A stretch of 64,000 nucleotides of DNA from a candidate division Kazan bacterium (lineage in GTDB: Bacteria; Patescibacteriota; Kazan-3B-28), in the NCBI GenBank assembly GCA_003647645.1, contig QMNG01000001.1, positions 73,884 to 137,883 of the forward strand. Reading direction: 5' to 3'. The number at the start of each line of letters is the position of its first letter. Position 1 is the stretch's first letter. This document shows, piece by piece, positions 37,734 through 48,780 of this stretch. The notes beneath the pieces were generated by a model. That model had not been told where the DNA came from and ran no database searches. It saw only the letters and a list, made by a program, of their open reading frames with translations. The position numbers and the translations under genes were made by a program.

Positions 37734-38309
37734 TTAAGATATTGCCCTCATAATTCTCTTGTGCACAGCGGCAACGCTGCCAACACCATCAATAACAATT
37801 AACTGTTGGTTATTTTTATAGTGTCGAATAATGTTTTTGGACTGTCTATTAAAAACATCAATACGATTTTGAATGGCTGCAGGATCGGTATCGTCATGTC
37901 GGCCTTCAATCTCTGCCCGTTTTTTGAGACGAGCTTTGGCCACCGACATCGGCAATTTAAGATAGATGAACAGAACTTCTCTGTTATGTTTTTTGAGTAG
38001 AGTATCCAGCAGTTTGACCTGTGCCATAGTTCTGGGATAACCGTCAAAAACAATACGCTGGGTGGCAGGAACTTTCTTAAAAAAGTTTCTAACAATTTTA
38101 TGGCTGACCTTTAAAGGAGCGATTTTACCGGCATCAATGTATTTGGCAACCTCGCGACCGATAGAAGTTTTCATCTTGGCAGTTTTGCGCAACTCGGCAC
38201 CCATGTTTAGAGTTACAGCTTTAAGCTGCTTTAGCAAAAGCCCCGCCTGGGTGCCTTTGCCAGAGCCGGGACCGCCGTACAAAATGATATCAAATTTAAA
38301 CTTGGTCAT
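37734..38309 (-). CDS. adk: Adenylate kinase
   Basis: P-loop GGPGSGKGTQA. Confidence 0.9.
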   Translation of the reverse strand: MTKFKFDIILYGGPGSGKGTQAGLLLKQLKAVTLNMGAELRKTAKMKTSIGREVAKYIDAGKIAPLKVSHKIVRNFFKKVPATQRIVFDGYPRTMAQVKLLDTLLKKHNREVLFIYLKLPMSVAKARLKKRAEIEGRHDDTDPAAIQNRIDVFNRQSKNIIRHYKNNQQLIVIDGVGSVAAVHKRIMRAIS

Positions 38310-39570
38310 ATTGCTTCATAATAAGCTGAGCGCGAATTTGACGCATAGTTTCCAGTGCCACAGCTACAACAATAAGCAGTCCAGTACCCCCCAGCGTTAA
38401 TGTGGTGATGCCTGTGAATGCCTGGACCACAATCGGCAAAACAGCAATGAATCCCAAGAAAATGGCTCCTGCCAAGGTAATCCGGTTACTGACAAAACCC
38501 AAAAAATCCACCGTCTGGCGACCGGGCCGAATACCGGGAATAAACCCGCCCGACTTCTGGATATTTTCGGCTACCTGATCTGGTTTGAAGATGACCCAAG
38601 TATAAAAATAGGTAAAGAAGACCACTAACAGGAAATAAAAAATTCCATAAAAGACTTGGTTTTGGAACAGATTTTGAACAAATTCAGCGCCTTGGGCTAT
38701 CCAAGGGGTCCGGGCTCCGGCAAAAAACGAAGCAATTAATCCCGGGAACAGCAACAGAGATAACGCAAAGATGATCGGAATAACCCCGGCCTGATTCACC
38801 CGCAATGGCAAATGGCTGCTCTGGCCACCAAACAGACGGTTCCCCCCTCCCCGACCGGCATATGATATCGGAATATTCCTCTGGCCTTCCGTTATGTAAA
38901 CCACAAAATATATCGTGACAATAGCCAAAACCGCAAAAATAATTAAGTTAAGAAGCTTGCTAAAATCGAACAAGGCAATAGTTCCAGACAATCCTCCCGG
39001 CAGAGCAGAAAGTATGCCAACGAAAATAATCAATGAAATGCCATTGCCGATGCCATATTCAGTAATTAACTCCCCCAACCACATTACTAGCATGGTTCCA
39101 ATTGTAATGGTGGCCAGCAACACCAGCAGCCGCATAATACTGACATCCCCTAAAATATTTACATCCGAGCGCTGTAGCAATGTAATCATACCCCACCCCT
39201 GCAACATTGCCAGAGGCACTGTTAAATATCTGGTGTATTGGGCAATTTTGCGCCGACCATAATCCCCTTCCTTGGAAAGCGCTTCAACACTCGGCAGGGC
39301 CATTGTCATTAGCTGCATGATAATTGAAGCATTGATGAACGGAGCCACACCCATCATAGCGATGGAAAACCTAGTCAGAGACCCCCCTGAAAACAGATCG
39401 ATCAGTCCTAGAAACTGATTGCTTTGAAATACTTGGGCCAAAGCGTCCAGATCAACTCCGGGCATAGGTGTGTGAAAAATCAGGCGGACAATGACTAATA
39501 GCGCCAAAGTATAGAAGATCCTCATTCGAAGATCTTTGTGTTTAAAAATTTGCCTTATAGCATCAAACAT
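38296..39570 (-). CDS. secY: Preprotein translocase subunit SecY
   Basis: 424 aa with 10 TM segments in the conserved spc-operon position. Confidence 0.9.
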   Translation of the reverse strand: MFDAIRQIFKHKDLRMRIFYTLALLVIVRLIFHTPMPGVDLDALAQVFQSNQFLGLIDLFSGGSLTRFSIAMMGVAPFINASIIMQLMTMALPSVEALSKEGDYGRRKIAQYTRYLTVPLAMLQGWGMITLLQRSDVNILGDVSIMRLLVLLATITIGTMLVMWLGELITEYGIGNGISLIIFVGILSALPGGLSGTIALFDFSKLLNLIIFAVLAIVTIYFVVYITEGQRNIPISYAGRGGGNRLFGGQSSHLPLRVNQAGVIPIIFALSLLLFPGLIASFFAGARTPWIAQGAEFVQNLFQNQVFYGIFYFLLVVFFTYFYTWVIFKPDQVAENIQKSGGFIPGIRPGRQTVDFLGFVSNRITLAGAIFLGFIAVLPIVVQAFTGITTLTLGGTGLLIVVAVALETMRQIRAQLIMKQYDQV

Positions 39571-39583
39571 ATCTTTAGTGTAT

Positions 39584-40027
39584 TTAAATTATCTGAACCT
39601 TACCACCGGCAGCCTTAATGGCTTCAAGGGCTTTGGCAGATATAAAATGAGTTTGAACAGTGTAGGCCTGTTTTACCTCACCTTCACCTAGAATTTTTAT
39701 TTTGCTGTCGGAACGAATTTTCCCGGTTTTGATCAGATCTTTAATCATCAACTTTCCATCCGCGCTGTAGCGAGGTAAATCTTTGAGGTTAATCCTGACA
39801 ATTGAAACCCTACGGTGCGGTTTAAAACCCTTTTTCTTACCGATCCGCCTGAAGAGAGGCATTTGACCTCCTTCAAAGTGAGCTGGTATGTTGCCGCCAG
39901 AACGGGACTTTTGACCATCGGTCCCTCTTCCGGTAGTGTTGCCTGATCCCGAACCAGAACCCCGACCCACGCGTTTACGCGGCTTGTTTTTGATCATACC
40001 TGTAACAGTACCTAGATGGTCAGTCAT
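39584..40027 (-). CDS. rplO: 50S ribosomal protein L15
   Basis: Gly-rich N-terminus RGSGSGSGNTTGRGTDGQKSR. Confidence 0.9.
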   Translation of the reverse strand: MTDHLGTVTGMIKNKPRKRVGRGSGSGSGNTTGRGTDGQKSRSGGNIPAHFEGGQMPLFRRIGKKKGFKPHRRVSIVRINLKDLPRYSADGKLMIKDLIKTGKIRSDSKIKILGEGEVKQAYTVQTHFISAKALEAIKAAGGKVQII

Positions 40028-40584
40028 GATTTTTTCTCCTGAGACTTAGTTGATTTACTAATTCCTCGTCTTTTCATTACTACTTCGGGATCCATAATCT
40101 TACTTAGTGCGTTGATAGTAGCAATAACGTTATTGATTTTATTCTTGGAACCGAGCATCTTGGCAGCAGCGTCTTTTACGCCAGTTAGCTGTAAAACAAC
40201 CCTAACCGGCCCGCCAGCAATTAAACCCGTACCGGCTTTGGCAGGTTTAATCAACACCCTGGCACTTTTATAAACTTCTTCTACGTGGTATGGCAGAGTG
40301 CCTGATTTGAGATAAATGGTTTTAATATCTTTCTTGGCATCCGTAACTCCCTTGCGGACGGCCGTTGAAACATCAGTGGCTTTTCCCAAACCGTAAGCAA
40401 CTCGATTTTTATTATCCCCGATTACTACCAGAGCCCTGAAGCGCAACCGTTTTCCGCCTTTAACCACCCGAGTAACTCGGTTAATTTCCAACACCCGCTC
40501 GCTAAACTCCTTTTTGACTTCCTCTTTTTTCTCGCGACGGTGCTGACCCGGCCTGAACTTTGATTTTTCTCCGATTCTTTGCAT
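40024..40584 (-). CDS. rpsE: 30S ribosomal protein S5
   Basis: RVTRVVKGGKRLRFRALVVIGD...; directly abuts rplO with no rpmD between them. Confidence 0.9.
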   Translation of the reverse strand: MQRIGEKSKFRPGQHRREKKEEVKKEFSERVLEINRVTRVVKGGKRLRFRALVVIGDNKNRVAYGLGKATDVSTAVRKGVTDAKKDIKTIYLKSGTLPYHVEEVYKSARVLIKPAKAGTGLIAGGPVRVVLQLTGVKDAAAKMLGSKNKINNVIATINALSKIMDPEVVMKRRGISKSTKSQEKKS

Positions 40585-40626
40585 TCTGGTTAAAAATTAT
40601 TATTATACTTGCAGAGTAAATACTGA

Positions 40627-40974
40627 TTAAAACCTAAGACCTTCGGCTCTAGCCCCTTCAGCAATAGCTTTAACTCGGCCATGATACTTGTAGTGTTTTC
40701 TGTCAAAAACTACCTCTGATATTTTTTTCTCCAGAGCCAACTTAGCAACAGCTCTGCCAACTTGCTGACTCACCTCAATTGGATCGCTGCCTTTCAATTT
40801 GGAACTATCGGCCACAGCCAGAATCTTACCATCTCCGCCCACCAACTGGGCATAGATATGCCTGTTGCTACGATGAACTATTAGCCGAGGGCGGGTGCGA
40901 GATAATAAGCTACGAGCCTTGGTTTTAGCGGCTCTGGCCCGTCTGCGACTGATTGTGTGTTTAATTTCGTTCAT
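40627..40974 (-). CDS. rplR: 50S ribosomal protein L18
   Basis: Family match and operon position. Confidence 0.9.
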   Translation of the reverse strand: MNEIKHTISRRRARAAKTKARSLLSRTRPRLIVHRSNRHIYAQLVGGDGKILAVADSSKLKGSDPIEVSQQVGRAVAKLALEKKISEVVFDRKHYKYHGRVKAIAEGARAEGLRF

Positions 40975-41131
40975 ATTAAGTTTGAATTATAGTGGTTTTA
41001 CTCCGTGAGTTTATTGAAGAGATGCATTGGTATAGTCCTTCAGCCATATTCAGGAGATACATTTAATTTTTATTTTTCTCTATTTCCACTCTTCGTTCTC
41101 CGTTTTTCCTTGATTCTTGCAATTCTGGCCT

Positions 41132-41674
41132 CTACGCCGCAGTTTTAGCCGCCTTACCGGCCTTGCGGCGCACAATCTCATCAACATATCTGATGCCTTT
41201 GCCTTTATATGGTTCCGGTTTTTTAACAGACCGGATCTGAGCTGCCATATGGCCGACCTTCTGTTTATCAATACCCGAAACGATAATCTGGTTCTTGTTT
41301 TGTTTAATCTCGACACCCTTAGTAATCGCCAATTCTACAGGATGTGAAAAACCAACGTTCAATACTATCTTGTCGCCCTTAATTTCTGCCTTGAAACCGA
41401 CGCCGCTAATTTCCAAAGTTTTAGAGAACCCCAAAGATACCCCTTGAACACTGTTGTTAATGAGGGATCTGATTAAGCCATGAAGCGATTTTGCTTCTTT
41501 GGTATCGTTCATACGAGTGACCGTCAGGACATTTTCCGCTTGTGTCACTTTGATTTGCTTGGGAATAGACACAGTCAGTTCGCCTAACTTACCCTTAACT
41601 GTTGCGGCCCCCCCCGTAAGGCTGACAGTCACACCTTCGGGAATACTAATTGGCATCTTTCCTATTTTAGACAT
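41132..41674 (-). CDS. rplF: 50S ribosomal protein L6
   Basis: MSKIGKMPISIPEGVTV. Confidence 0.9.
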   Translation of the reverse strand: MSKIGKMPISIPEGVTVSLTGGAATVKGKLGELTVSIPKQIKVTQAENVLTVTRMNDTKEAKSLHGLIRSLINNSVQGVSLGFSKTLEISGVGFKAEIKGDKIVLNVGFSHPVELAITKGVEIKQNKNQIIVSGIDKQKVGHMAAQIRSVKKPEPYKGKGIRYVDEIVRRKAGKAAKTAA

Positions 41675-41770
41675 AGCTTACGAGCAGTAGAGTAAATATA
41701 CAACACACAAATCCCGGCTAGGCCAGAATTGTTACGGTTTGATATTAAATGTTTGATATTTTCCATCGGC

Positions 41771-42175
41771 TTACCATATTTTAAACAAGATCTCTCCTCC
41801 CAGATTCTCCCGTCTGGCTTCAGCATCGGTTAGCAATCCCTTGGAAGTTGACACTACAGCTACGCCAACCCCGCCCAGCACCTTTCTCAGCCGATGGACG
41901 GGAGTATATATGCGCTGACCCGGCTTGCTGATTCGAGACAAGCCCCGAATAACCGGATCGCCGTTGGCATCATATTTAAGCATAACTTTAATCTGTTTGA
42001 ATTTTTTGGTTTTGTCTGGCACTACGCTGAATTCACCAATGTATCCTTGATTTTTCAAGACATTCACAATCGCAAGATTGAGTTTGGAGTGAAAAATTAA
42101 GGCAAACCGCTTACGCACAGCGATAGCATTGCGAATTCTGGTTAATAGATCTGCAATAGAATCTGTAGTTATCAT
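41771..42175 (-). CDS. rpsH: 30S ribosomal protein S8
   Basis: MITTDSIADLLTRIRNA. Confidence 0.9.
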   Translation of the reverse strand: MITTDSIADLLTRIRNAIAVRKRFALIFHSKLNLAIVNVLKNQGYIGEFSVVPDKTKKFKQIKVMLKYDANGDPVIRGLSRISKPGQRIYTPVHRLRKVLGGVGVAVVSTSKGLLTDAEARRENLGGEILFKIW

Positions 42176-42185
42176 AATAATTTCA

Positions 42186-42371
42186 TTACCAACTAGATTT
42201 TTTAATGCCTGGCAACTGTCCCTGTCTGGCCATCTCTCGAAAACAAATGCGGCAGACGTGGAATTTTCTCATATATCCCTTAGAGCGTCCACAAATCTGA
42301 CACCGCCGAATAATTCTTGTAGAATACTTTGGCTTGAGTTTAGCTTTGGCAATTAATGCTTTTCTGGCCAT
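42186..42371 (-). CDS. rpsN: 30S ribosomal protein S14 type Z (zinc-binding)
   Basis: 61 aa; [20 protein letters not shown]. Confidence 0.9.
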   Translation of the reverse strand: MARKALIAKAKLKPKYSTRIIRRCQICGRSKGYMRKFHVCRICFREMARQGQLPGIKKSSW

Positions 42372-42385
42372 AATAATGCTCTAAA

Positions 42386-42946
42386 TTAAACAATAGGCTT
42401 ACTTTTATTATCTTTATCCTTTTTGAAAGGAAATCCTAATTTACTCAACAATGTAAAGCCGGTCTCATCATCCTTGGCACTGGTAACAATGGTAATTTCC
42501 AAGCCAAAAACTTTATCAACATTTTCAAAAACTACTTCAGGAAAAACGATATGTTCCCTTAACCCAAGAGTATAATTCCCTGATCCATCAAAGCCCTTTC
42601 GGCTCAGACCCCTAAAGTCCCGAACTCGCGGTAAGGCTACCAAAATTAATTTTTCCAAAAAATCGTACATTCTTTGTCCCCGCAAGGTCAATTTGACACC
42701 GATTTTGTTGCCCTCTCTGAGTTTAAAACCGGCAACGGATTTGCGGGCCTTGGTAATCACCGGAGCTTGCCCGGTAATATTGGCAAGTTCACCGGCAACA
42801 AACTCCAGTAAATTAGGATCAGATAAGGCATTGCCGGCGCCGACATTAATGACTACCTTAGTAATCTTGGGCACAGCCATAACGGATCCAAGATTAAGCT
42901 CGGTCCTGAGTAAGGGAACTAATTCTTGATATTTACTTTTTAGCAT
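42386..42946 (-). CDS. rplE: 50S ribosomal protein L5
   Basis: Family match and position. Confidence 0.9.
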   Translation of the reverse strand: MLKSKYQELVPLLRTELNLGSVMAVPKITKVVINVGAGNALSDPNLLEFVAGELANITGQAPVITKARKSVAGFKLREGNKIGVKLTLRGQRMYDFLEKLILVALPRVRDFRGLSRKGFDGSGNYTLGLREHIVFPEVVFENVDKVFGLEITIVTSAKDDETGFTLLSKLGFPFKKDKDNKSKPIV

Positions 42947-43256
42947 GGGTAATTATTGCTTTACATTTTACACATTGTCTCTGTTTCTTTTCGCCAACCA
43001 CTTTATTTCTAACCCGAGATGGCTGATTGCAATTGGGACAGATTAACATAACCTTCTCAACGGGCATAGGAGCAACAATTTCAACAATTCCTCCGGGAGT
43101 ACGATCGGTTCGCCCACGGCGCTGGTGACGCTTGTAGATATTAATGCCTTCAACCTTCACTTTCAGGCACTTGGGATCAGCAACAACAACCTTACCGCTT
43201 TTTCCGCGGTCTTTGCCCTTGATAACTAACACTTTATCGCCTGTTTTAATACGCAT
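42933..43256 (-). CDS. rplX: 50S ribosomal protein L24 (C-terminal CPNC...CVKC cysteine pairs)
   Basis: N-terminal KOW region (MRIKTGDKVLVIKGKDRGK). Confidence 0.9.
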   Translation of the reverse strand: MRIKTGDKVLVIKGKDRGKSGKVVVADPKCLKVKVEGINIYKRHQRRGRTDRTPGGIVEIVAPMPVEKVMLICPNCNQPSRVRNKVVGEKKQRQCVKCKAIITHAKK

Positions 43257-43287
43257 TCTTAATTCTTAATTCTTCATTCTTCATTTT

Positions 43288-43656
43288 TTACAACACCTCG
43301 GGAGCCAATGAAACTATCTTCATATATCCACGATCACGCATTTCACGGGCAATGGGACCAAAAACACGAGTTCCCCGCGGCTGTTTATTATTATCAATAA
43401 TTACCACTGCATTCTCATCAAATCTAATGTAGCTGCCGTCTGGCCGCCTAGTATTAGATTTTGTCCGAACAATCACCGCCTTAACTATCTCTTTCTTCTT
43501 GACCACAGAAAATGGCGCGGCCTCCTTGACGGAACAAACCACAGTGTCGCCAATTCTGGCGTACCTGCGACGAGAACCGCCCAGCACCTTAAAACAGGCA
43601 ACCATTTTGGCTCCAGTATTATCTGCCACTTTTAATTTTGTTCCAGCTTGAATCAT
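43288..43656 (-). CDS. rplN: 50S ribosomal protein L14
   Basis: [17 protein letters not shown]. Confidence 0.9.
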   Translation of the reverse strand: MIQAGTKLKVADNTGAKMVACFKVLGGSRRRYARIGDTVVCSVKEAAPFSVVKKKEIVKAVIVRTKSNTRRPDGSYIRFDENAVVIIDNNKQPRGTRVFGPIAREMRDRGYMKIVSLAPEVL

Positions 43657-43934
43657 AATTTTTTACCAATAATTTGAATAATCTTCCAATGTTTGGTTTT
43701 GCTGACCGGGCGTGTTTCACCAATCACAACCCTGTCACCAACTTTAACGGTGTCTTGTTCATCGTGAACAGCAAATCGCCTGGTAGTCCGAATTTTTTTC
43801 TTGTAAAGCGGATGAGTGATGTAACTGTCAACTCGTACAATCACAGTTTTACTGCCAGCCCGGCTGATAGCGGTGCCTGTTTTGCTTGTACCCTTGAAGA
43901 TTTGGGCAGGCAATTGTTTGGCTTGGTTATTCAT
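43653..43934 (-). CDS. rpsQ: 30S ribosomal protein S17
   Basis: Family match and position. Confidence 0.9.
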   Translation of the reverse strand: MNNQAKQLPAQIFKGTSKTGTAISRAGSKTVIVRVDSYITHPLYKKKIRTTRRFAVHDEQDTVKVGDRVVIGETRPVSKTKHWKIIQIIGKKL

Positions 43935-44151
43935 GGCTCATTGTTGCTAATATATTTTTCTCTTGTTTCACCGTTTCTATTCTGGCTATTTCTTTCCTAA
44001 TAGCCCGAATTTTGGTATGGCTGGTAAGCTTGCCAACAGCCAGCTGACCACTAAGTTCTTGAACTTGGTGCCTCAGCTTATTAAGCTCATCATCTAGGGA
44101 TGTTAGGCTCTGTTTGCGATAATCCTGCATTTTATTCTTAATCTTAGCCAT
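43927..44151 (-). CDS. rpmC: 50S ribosomal protein L29
   Basis: Family match and position. Confidence 0.85.
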   Translation of the reverse strand: MAKIKNKMQDYRKQSLTSLDDELNKLRHQVQELSGQLAVGKLTSHTKIRAIRKEIARIETVKQEKNILATMSHE

Positions 44152-44154
44152 TTG

Positions 44155-44565
44155 TTATTTACCTTTAACCATAAATCTGGTTTTGATGGGCAATTTGTGA
44201 CCGGCCAGCCGCATTGCTTCTTTAGCGGTTGCCTCACTAACACCATCCATTTCAAACAAAATTGTGCCGGGCTTGACGGTCGCAACATAATGGCTAACTG
44301 CTCCCTTGCCACCGCCCATTCGAGTTTCATTGGGAGTAGCGGTAACTGCCTGATGGGGAAATATCCGGATCCAAATTTTGCCTTCCCGCTTAGTGAAGTG
44401 AGTCATTGCCCGTCGGGCTGCCTCAATTTGACGAGAAGTGATCCAACTGCTGGCCAAAGCCTTCAACCCAAATTTGCCGAAGTTAATCGTATTAACCCGA
44501 GTAGCAACACCCTTCATCGAACCTCTCTGCTGTTTCCTATATTTGACTTTTCTGGGTAATAACAT
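44155..44565 (-). CDS. rplP: 50S ribosomal protein L16
   Basis: [15 protein letters not shown]. Confidence 0.9.
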   Translation of the reverse strand: MLLPRKVKYRKQQRGSMKGVATRVNTINFGKFGLKALASSWITSRQIEAARRAMTHFTKREGKIWIRIFPHQAVTATPNETRMGGGKGAVSHYVATVKPGTILFEMDGVSEATAKEAMRLAGHKLPIKTRFMVKGK

Positions 44566-44567
44566 AA

Positions 44568-45218
44568 TTATTTATTCTCTTTAGATTCTTGCTTTGGGGC
44601 AGTTACTATCCAAACTTTGATCCCGATCGTACCGTAGGTAGTGTAGGCAGTTCTGAAGGCATAATCGATCGGCTGCTTGATAGTGTGAAGAGGCACCGTT
44701 CCAAACGAGAAAGTCTCGCGCCTGGCAATTTCAGCACCATTCAACCGGCCAGCTATAGAAATTCTCATACCCGCTACCTTAGCTTGCTTGGAGGCCTCCA
44801 GCGCCTGTTTGGCTACACGTCTGAACGGAATTCGACGCTCGATCTGTTCCGCCACATTACTGGCTACAACAGCGGCGGACTCTTCAGGAACTCTGATTTC
44901 CTGAATGTTAACTGTGACCGTATTCTTGGCAAATTTAGCAAAATTTTCAATATCCTTTTTAAAACTATCTATACCAGCCCCGCCGCGTCCGATGATAACT
45001 CCCGGACGGGACGTGTGAATGGTCACGGTCAGGTTGTTGCCAAATCTTTCAATGTCAATGTGAGCAATGGCCGCTTTTTTGAATTTCTTCATCGCCAAAG
45101 ACCTAATTTTGTTGTCTTCCACCACAAATTTGCCGTAGTTTTTCAAATCAAACCACCGCGACCGCCAGTTGGAGCAAACACCTAGTCTAAATAAATGTGG
45201 ATGTATTTTTTGTCCCAT
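44568..45218 (-). CDS. rpsC: 30S ribosomal protein S3
   Basis: [14 protein letters not shown] with a KH domain. Confidence 0.9.
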   Translation of the reverse strand: MGQKIHPHLFRLGVCSNWRSRWFDLKNYGKFVVEDNKIRSLAMKKFKKAAIAHIDIERFGNNLTVTIHTSRPGVIIGRGGAGIDSFKKDIENFAKFAKNTVTVNIQEIRVPEESAAVVASNVAEQIERRIPFRRVAKQALEASKQAKVAGMRISIAGRLNGAEIARRETFSFGTVPLHTIKQPIDYAFRTAYTTYGTIGIKVWIVTAPKQESKENK

Positions 45219-45223
45219 GATAA

Positions 45224-45787
45224 TTACTTATTAGTTGTCCTTCTTGAAAATATATTTTTAAAACCCGACATTTTAGATTTGGCCGCCGCCTTCTGCGAAA
45301 GTTCGCCGGAAGTTGCCGGCTGACCACTCTTGCCTATATCACTAGCCGGTTTGTCTTGGACAGCTTCTTTAGATGCGGCCGGCTGACCGGTTGCCGGCAG
45401 CTTGGGTTTGCTTGCCCCCGTCGGGGGAGACACCGTTTTTTTAATAACAGTTGGTTTAATCTCTGCTAAAACAATATTCAAATGACTATTTCGCTTTAAT
45501 AATCTATCAGCACTACCCCGAGACCTAAACCAATATCGCTTGTAGGACGGACCGGAATCAACCGTCAAACTTTTAATTTTGAGATTATTTTCTTTTAAAT
45601 TGTAGTTGTTTTGGGCGTTACTGACCGCAGACTTAATTAACTTGTAAACTATCCGGGAAGCTTTACTTCTGTGGTAGAGCAGCTGATGAAGCGCTGTATT
45701 TACATCCAGGTTCTTCAAAGGCGCAAGCAGAGGCCTGACTTTTTTGGGGCTGATCCGAACAAATTTAGATGATGCTTTAACTTCCAT
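45224..45787 (-). CDS. rplV: 50S ribosomal protein L22, with a long Pro/Ala/Ser-rich C-terminal extension
   Basis: The uL22 core occupies residues 1-115. Confidence 0.9.
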   Translation of the reverse strand: MEVKASSKFVRISPKKVRPLLAPLKNLDVNTALHQLLYHRSKASRIVYKLIKSAVSNAQNNYNLKENNLKIKSLTVDSGPSYKRYWFRSRGSADRLLKRNSHLNIVLAEIKPTVIKKTVSPPTGASKPKLPATGQPAASKEAVQDKPASDIGKSGQPATSGELSQKAAAKSKMSGFKNIFSRRTTNK

Positions 45788-45816
45788 GGAGATTTTTGCT
45801 GTTTACTTAGACACCT

Positions 45817-46113
45817 TTACTTGGGAGCACTGCTTGATAAACCGGCTCTGGCTTGTTCTTTGGCCATTTTACCGCCATGCCCTTTGAATTTGCGGGTCGG
45901 GGCAAACTCTCCCAGTTTGTGTCCGACCATGTTTTCGGTAACAAATACATCAATATGCTGTTTGCCATTATGCACTTGGAAAGTGAAACCGACCATTTCC
46001 GGACTTATACTGGAATTCCTGGCCCAGGTTTTAATAGTTTTACTCTCACCAGCTTGGACTTTTTTCAGAAGTTTTGGGTCGACGTAGGGACCTTTTTTAC
46101 TTGATCTACTCAT
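45817..46113 (-). CDS. rpsS: 30S ribosomal protein S19
   Basis: [19 protein letters not shown]. Confidence 0.9.
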   Translation of the reverse strand: MSRSSKKGPYVDPKLLKKVQAGESKTIKTWARNSSISPEMVGFTFQVHNGKQHIDVFVTENMVGHKLGEFAPTRKFKGHGGKMAKEQARAGLSSSAPK

Positions 46114-46213
46114 CTTGATTAATTAATAATTAAAAATTTTGAATGAAGAATCATGGCGAACTTTCTAATTTTTTGGCATTTGGTATTTTTCATTACTTGT
46201 CTGTCGTTTTATA

Positions 46214-47056
46214 CTACTTCTTCTTGCGGCTGCGGGGTTTAACAATCAGCCTGCCGCTGGACTTTTTATAGTTGCGGGTTTTATAACCGAGAGCTGGCTT
46301 GCCGGTTGGTGTTTTGGGATGCTTCAGCCCAATTGGCGAACCCCCTTCGCCACCTCCATGGGGATGATCAACCGGATTCTTGGCCTTACCCCGAACCCGG
46401 GGCCGATGCCCCATCCACCGATGCCTCCCAGCTTTGCCGATCTTGATATTCATATGTTCGCTATTACTGACAACTCCAATGCTGGCAAAAGCGGTTTCTA
46501 GCACTTTACGAACTTCACCGGAAGGTAGCCTTAGTGCGGCATAACCTCCTTCAATACCCATAAGCGTGGCACTAGTCCCTGCTGATCTCACGATCTGTCC
46601 CCCCTTTCCCGGAGTCAGTTCAACATTGTAAACCATCATGCCAACAGGAATATTTTTTAACATCAGGCGATTGCCCAATTTAATTTTAGTGGTTTCGTTG
46701 TAAACAATTTTATCGCCAATGCTTAGGTTCTGGGGAGCTAATATGTATGAGTGTTCACCGTCTGCGAAGACGATATGAGCGATGTATGCAGTCCGTTTGG
46801 GATCATATTCAACAGCCCTGACCACACCGGGGACTCCCAGTTTTCGCTGTTTAAAATCAACCTTGCGAAATAGTTGTTTGGCACTACCTCCGCGAGCCCT
46901 GATGGTAATTACACCCCGGTTATTACGGCCGCCGCTTTGCTTCCCTCCCCGCACCAAGTTTTTATACGGACGATGGCTGGCAACCACCCGGCGACGGTCG
47001 GCAAATTTCATACCCCGTCGTCCTGGAGTTACTGGTTTAACTAGTCGAATATTCAT
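46214..47056 (-). CDS. rplB: 50S ribosomal protein L2
   Basis: 280 aa with the conserved GGGEGGSPIGLKHPKTP region. Confidence 0.9.
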   Translation of the reverse strand: MNIRLVKPVTPGRRGMKFADRRRVVASHRPYKNLVRGGKQSGGRNNRGVITIRARGGSAKQLFRKVDFKQRKLGVPGVVRAVEYDPKRTAYIAHIVFADGEHSYILAPQNLSIGDKIVYNETTKIKLGNRLMLKNIPVGMMVYNVELTPGKGGQIVRSAGTSATLMGIEGGYAALRLPSGEVRKVLETAFASIGVVSNSEHMNIKIGKAGRHRWMGHRPRVRGKAKNPVDHPHGGGEGGSPIGLKHPKTPTGKPALGYKTRNYKKSSGRLIVKPRSRKKK

Positions 47057-47430
47057 TTCTTGACCTCCTCTTTTCCGGTAGTAGCTTTAGACACAGCTTT
47101 TCGAGTGGTTTTAGCTTCCTTCTTAGGAGATTCTTTAGCTTCCTTGTCCTGGCTGCTGTCTTCAAACAAAGTAATTTTGTCACCGGCTTTAAGCGTTACT
47201 ACGGCATGATGACGATTGGAACGATAGGACTTAATTCGTTTAAATTGCTTCGGCTTACCCGGCAGCTTGACGGTATTTACCTTGATAACGGTTACATTGA
47301 AAAGTTTCTCAATCGCCTTAGCTATTGCCGGTTTAGTGCTGCCCCCAGCGACCTGAAATGTATATTTATTAACAGCACCTTGAGAAATGCTTTTTTCTGA
47401 GATAATTGGCTTTTTGATGATTATGCTCAT
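47053..47430 (-). CDS. rplW: 50S ribosomal protein L23, with a C-terminal Lys/Glu-rich extension
   Basis: Family match and position. Confidence 0.85.
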   Translation of the reverse strand: MSIIIKKPIISEKSISQGAVNKYTFQVAGGSTKPAIAKAIEKLFNVTVIKVNTVKLPGKPKQFKRIKSYRSNRHHAVVTLKAGDKITLFEDSSQDKEAKESPKKEAKTTRKAVSKATTGKEEVKK

Positions 47431-47555
47431 TTCCTTAGAGATAAGAAATTTGGTGTTTCTGTTCCTGAATTAGTTGTACAAATATTGTTTTTCATAAGTA
47501 ATGCTTATTGATTCCTATTTGCAAGAATTCCAACGGGTAATCCTTCAACGGGGAT

Positions 47556-48197
47556 TCATATTCGACCTTTAACTTTATCGTAGGCGTCATTAACAAAAAT
47601 TATATTGTGAGCAGCCATAACGTCTAGAGCGTTGATTCTAGAAGCAAGCACAGAGCAAATATTGGGAAAATTACTAAATCCGGCCCTTAGACTGGCATCG
47701 GGCACCACCAGTAGCACTTTGCGCAAAATCAAAACCTGAGGATACAGCTTGGCAACATCTTTGGCCTTGGTGATCGGAGCTTCCATCCTTAGAATCTTTA
47801 ATTTGTTAGCTTTGGCTTGAATGTACAGGGCCGCGGCCAAGGCTTGCTGCTTGAGTCTGCCGGGAATGGCTTGGGAATGATTACGGCGGCTGCTGGGACC
47901 AAAAATAGTCCCGCCTCCACGCCAAATTGGGTTACGGATCGAGCCGGTTCTGGCCCGACCTGTGCCCTTCTGCCGCCACGGTTTTCGGCCTCCGCCACGA
48001 ACCAAGCCACGAGTTTTGGTGCTGGCCAACCCCCGCCGCTGATTAGCCTGATAAGACAGAATGACCTGACGCAGCATCGAACGATTGATTCTAACATTGG
48101 TAAAATCGGCGGGAGAAATCGCCCGTAACTGGCTACCGGCAACCGGGGTAGTAGTTTTTGCCTGAACTTCAGATTTAGCTTTACTTGGTGTTGACAT
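47556..48197 (-). CDS. rplD: 50S ribosomal protein L4
   Basis: Family match and position. Confidence 0.9.
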   Translation of the reverse strand: MSTPSKAKSEVQAKTTTPVAGSQLRAISPADFTNVRINRSMLRQVILSYQANQRRGLASTKTRGLVRGGGRKPWRQKGTGRARTGSIRNPIWRGGGTIFGPSSRRNHSQAIPGRLKQQALAAALYIQAKANKLKILRMEAPITKAKDVAKLYPQVLILRKVLLVVPDASLRAGFSNFPNICSVLASRINALDVMAAHNIIFVNDAYDKVKGRI

Positions 48198-48780
48198 TGC
48201 TTTCCTGTTTCTTAATTATGACAAATTGCTTGTTAGCTCCCGGGATATTGCCAGTAATGGCAATCAGATGATTTTTGGGATCAACGGCCGCAATCTTCAA
48301 ATTTTTGGTAGTTACCCGTACACCGCCCATCCGTCCAGCCATGCGCTTGCCTTTGTGGATTCTCGGCATGCCCATAGCCCCAATACTACCCGGCTGGCGA
48401 TGATGGTCATGTCCATGGGTTTCTGGCCCCCGAGAGAAATGGTGGCGTTTAACCGTTCCGGCAAACCCCTTCCCGACAGTAATACCAGTTACGCTCACTA
48501 CATCGCCGACTGAGAAAATGTCAGCTCTGATGGTATCCCCGACCTTGTAATCCCCTTCTGGAAACCTGAATTCCCGTCTTTTAAATATTACCGCCTTTTG
48601 ACCTTTGCCCTTGGCTGGCTTAGTCAGCCCCAGTTGCAGCGCAAAGTAGCCATCTTTGTCTGGCTTTTTAATCTGAGCAATAACATTGGGCTCGGCCTTC
48701 ATTACAGTGATTGCCGTGGCTCTGCCGTCCTTGGCGATCATTTGGCTCATCTTAATTTTTTGGGCTATTAATCCTTGCAT
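48181..48780 (-). CDS. rplC: 50S ribosomal protein L3
   Basis: Family match and position. Confidence 0.9.
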   Translation of the reverse strand: MQGLIAQKIKMSQMIAKDGRATAITVMKAEPNVIAQIKKPDKDGYFALQLGLTKPAKGKGQKAVIFKRREFRFPEGDYKVGDTIRADIFSVGDVVSVTGITVGKGFAGTVKRHHFSRGPETHGHDHHRQPGSIGAMGMPRIHKGKRMAGRMGGVRVTTKNLKIAAVDPKNHLIAITGNIPGANKQFVIIKKQESNVNTK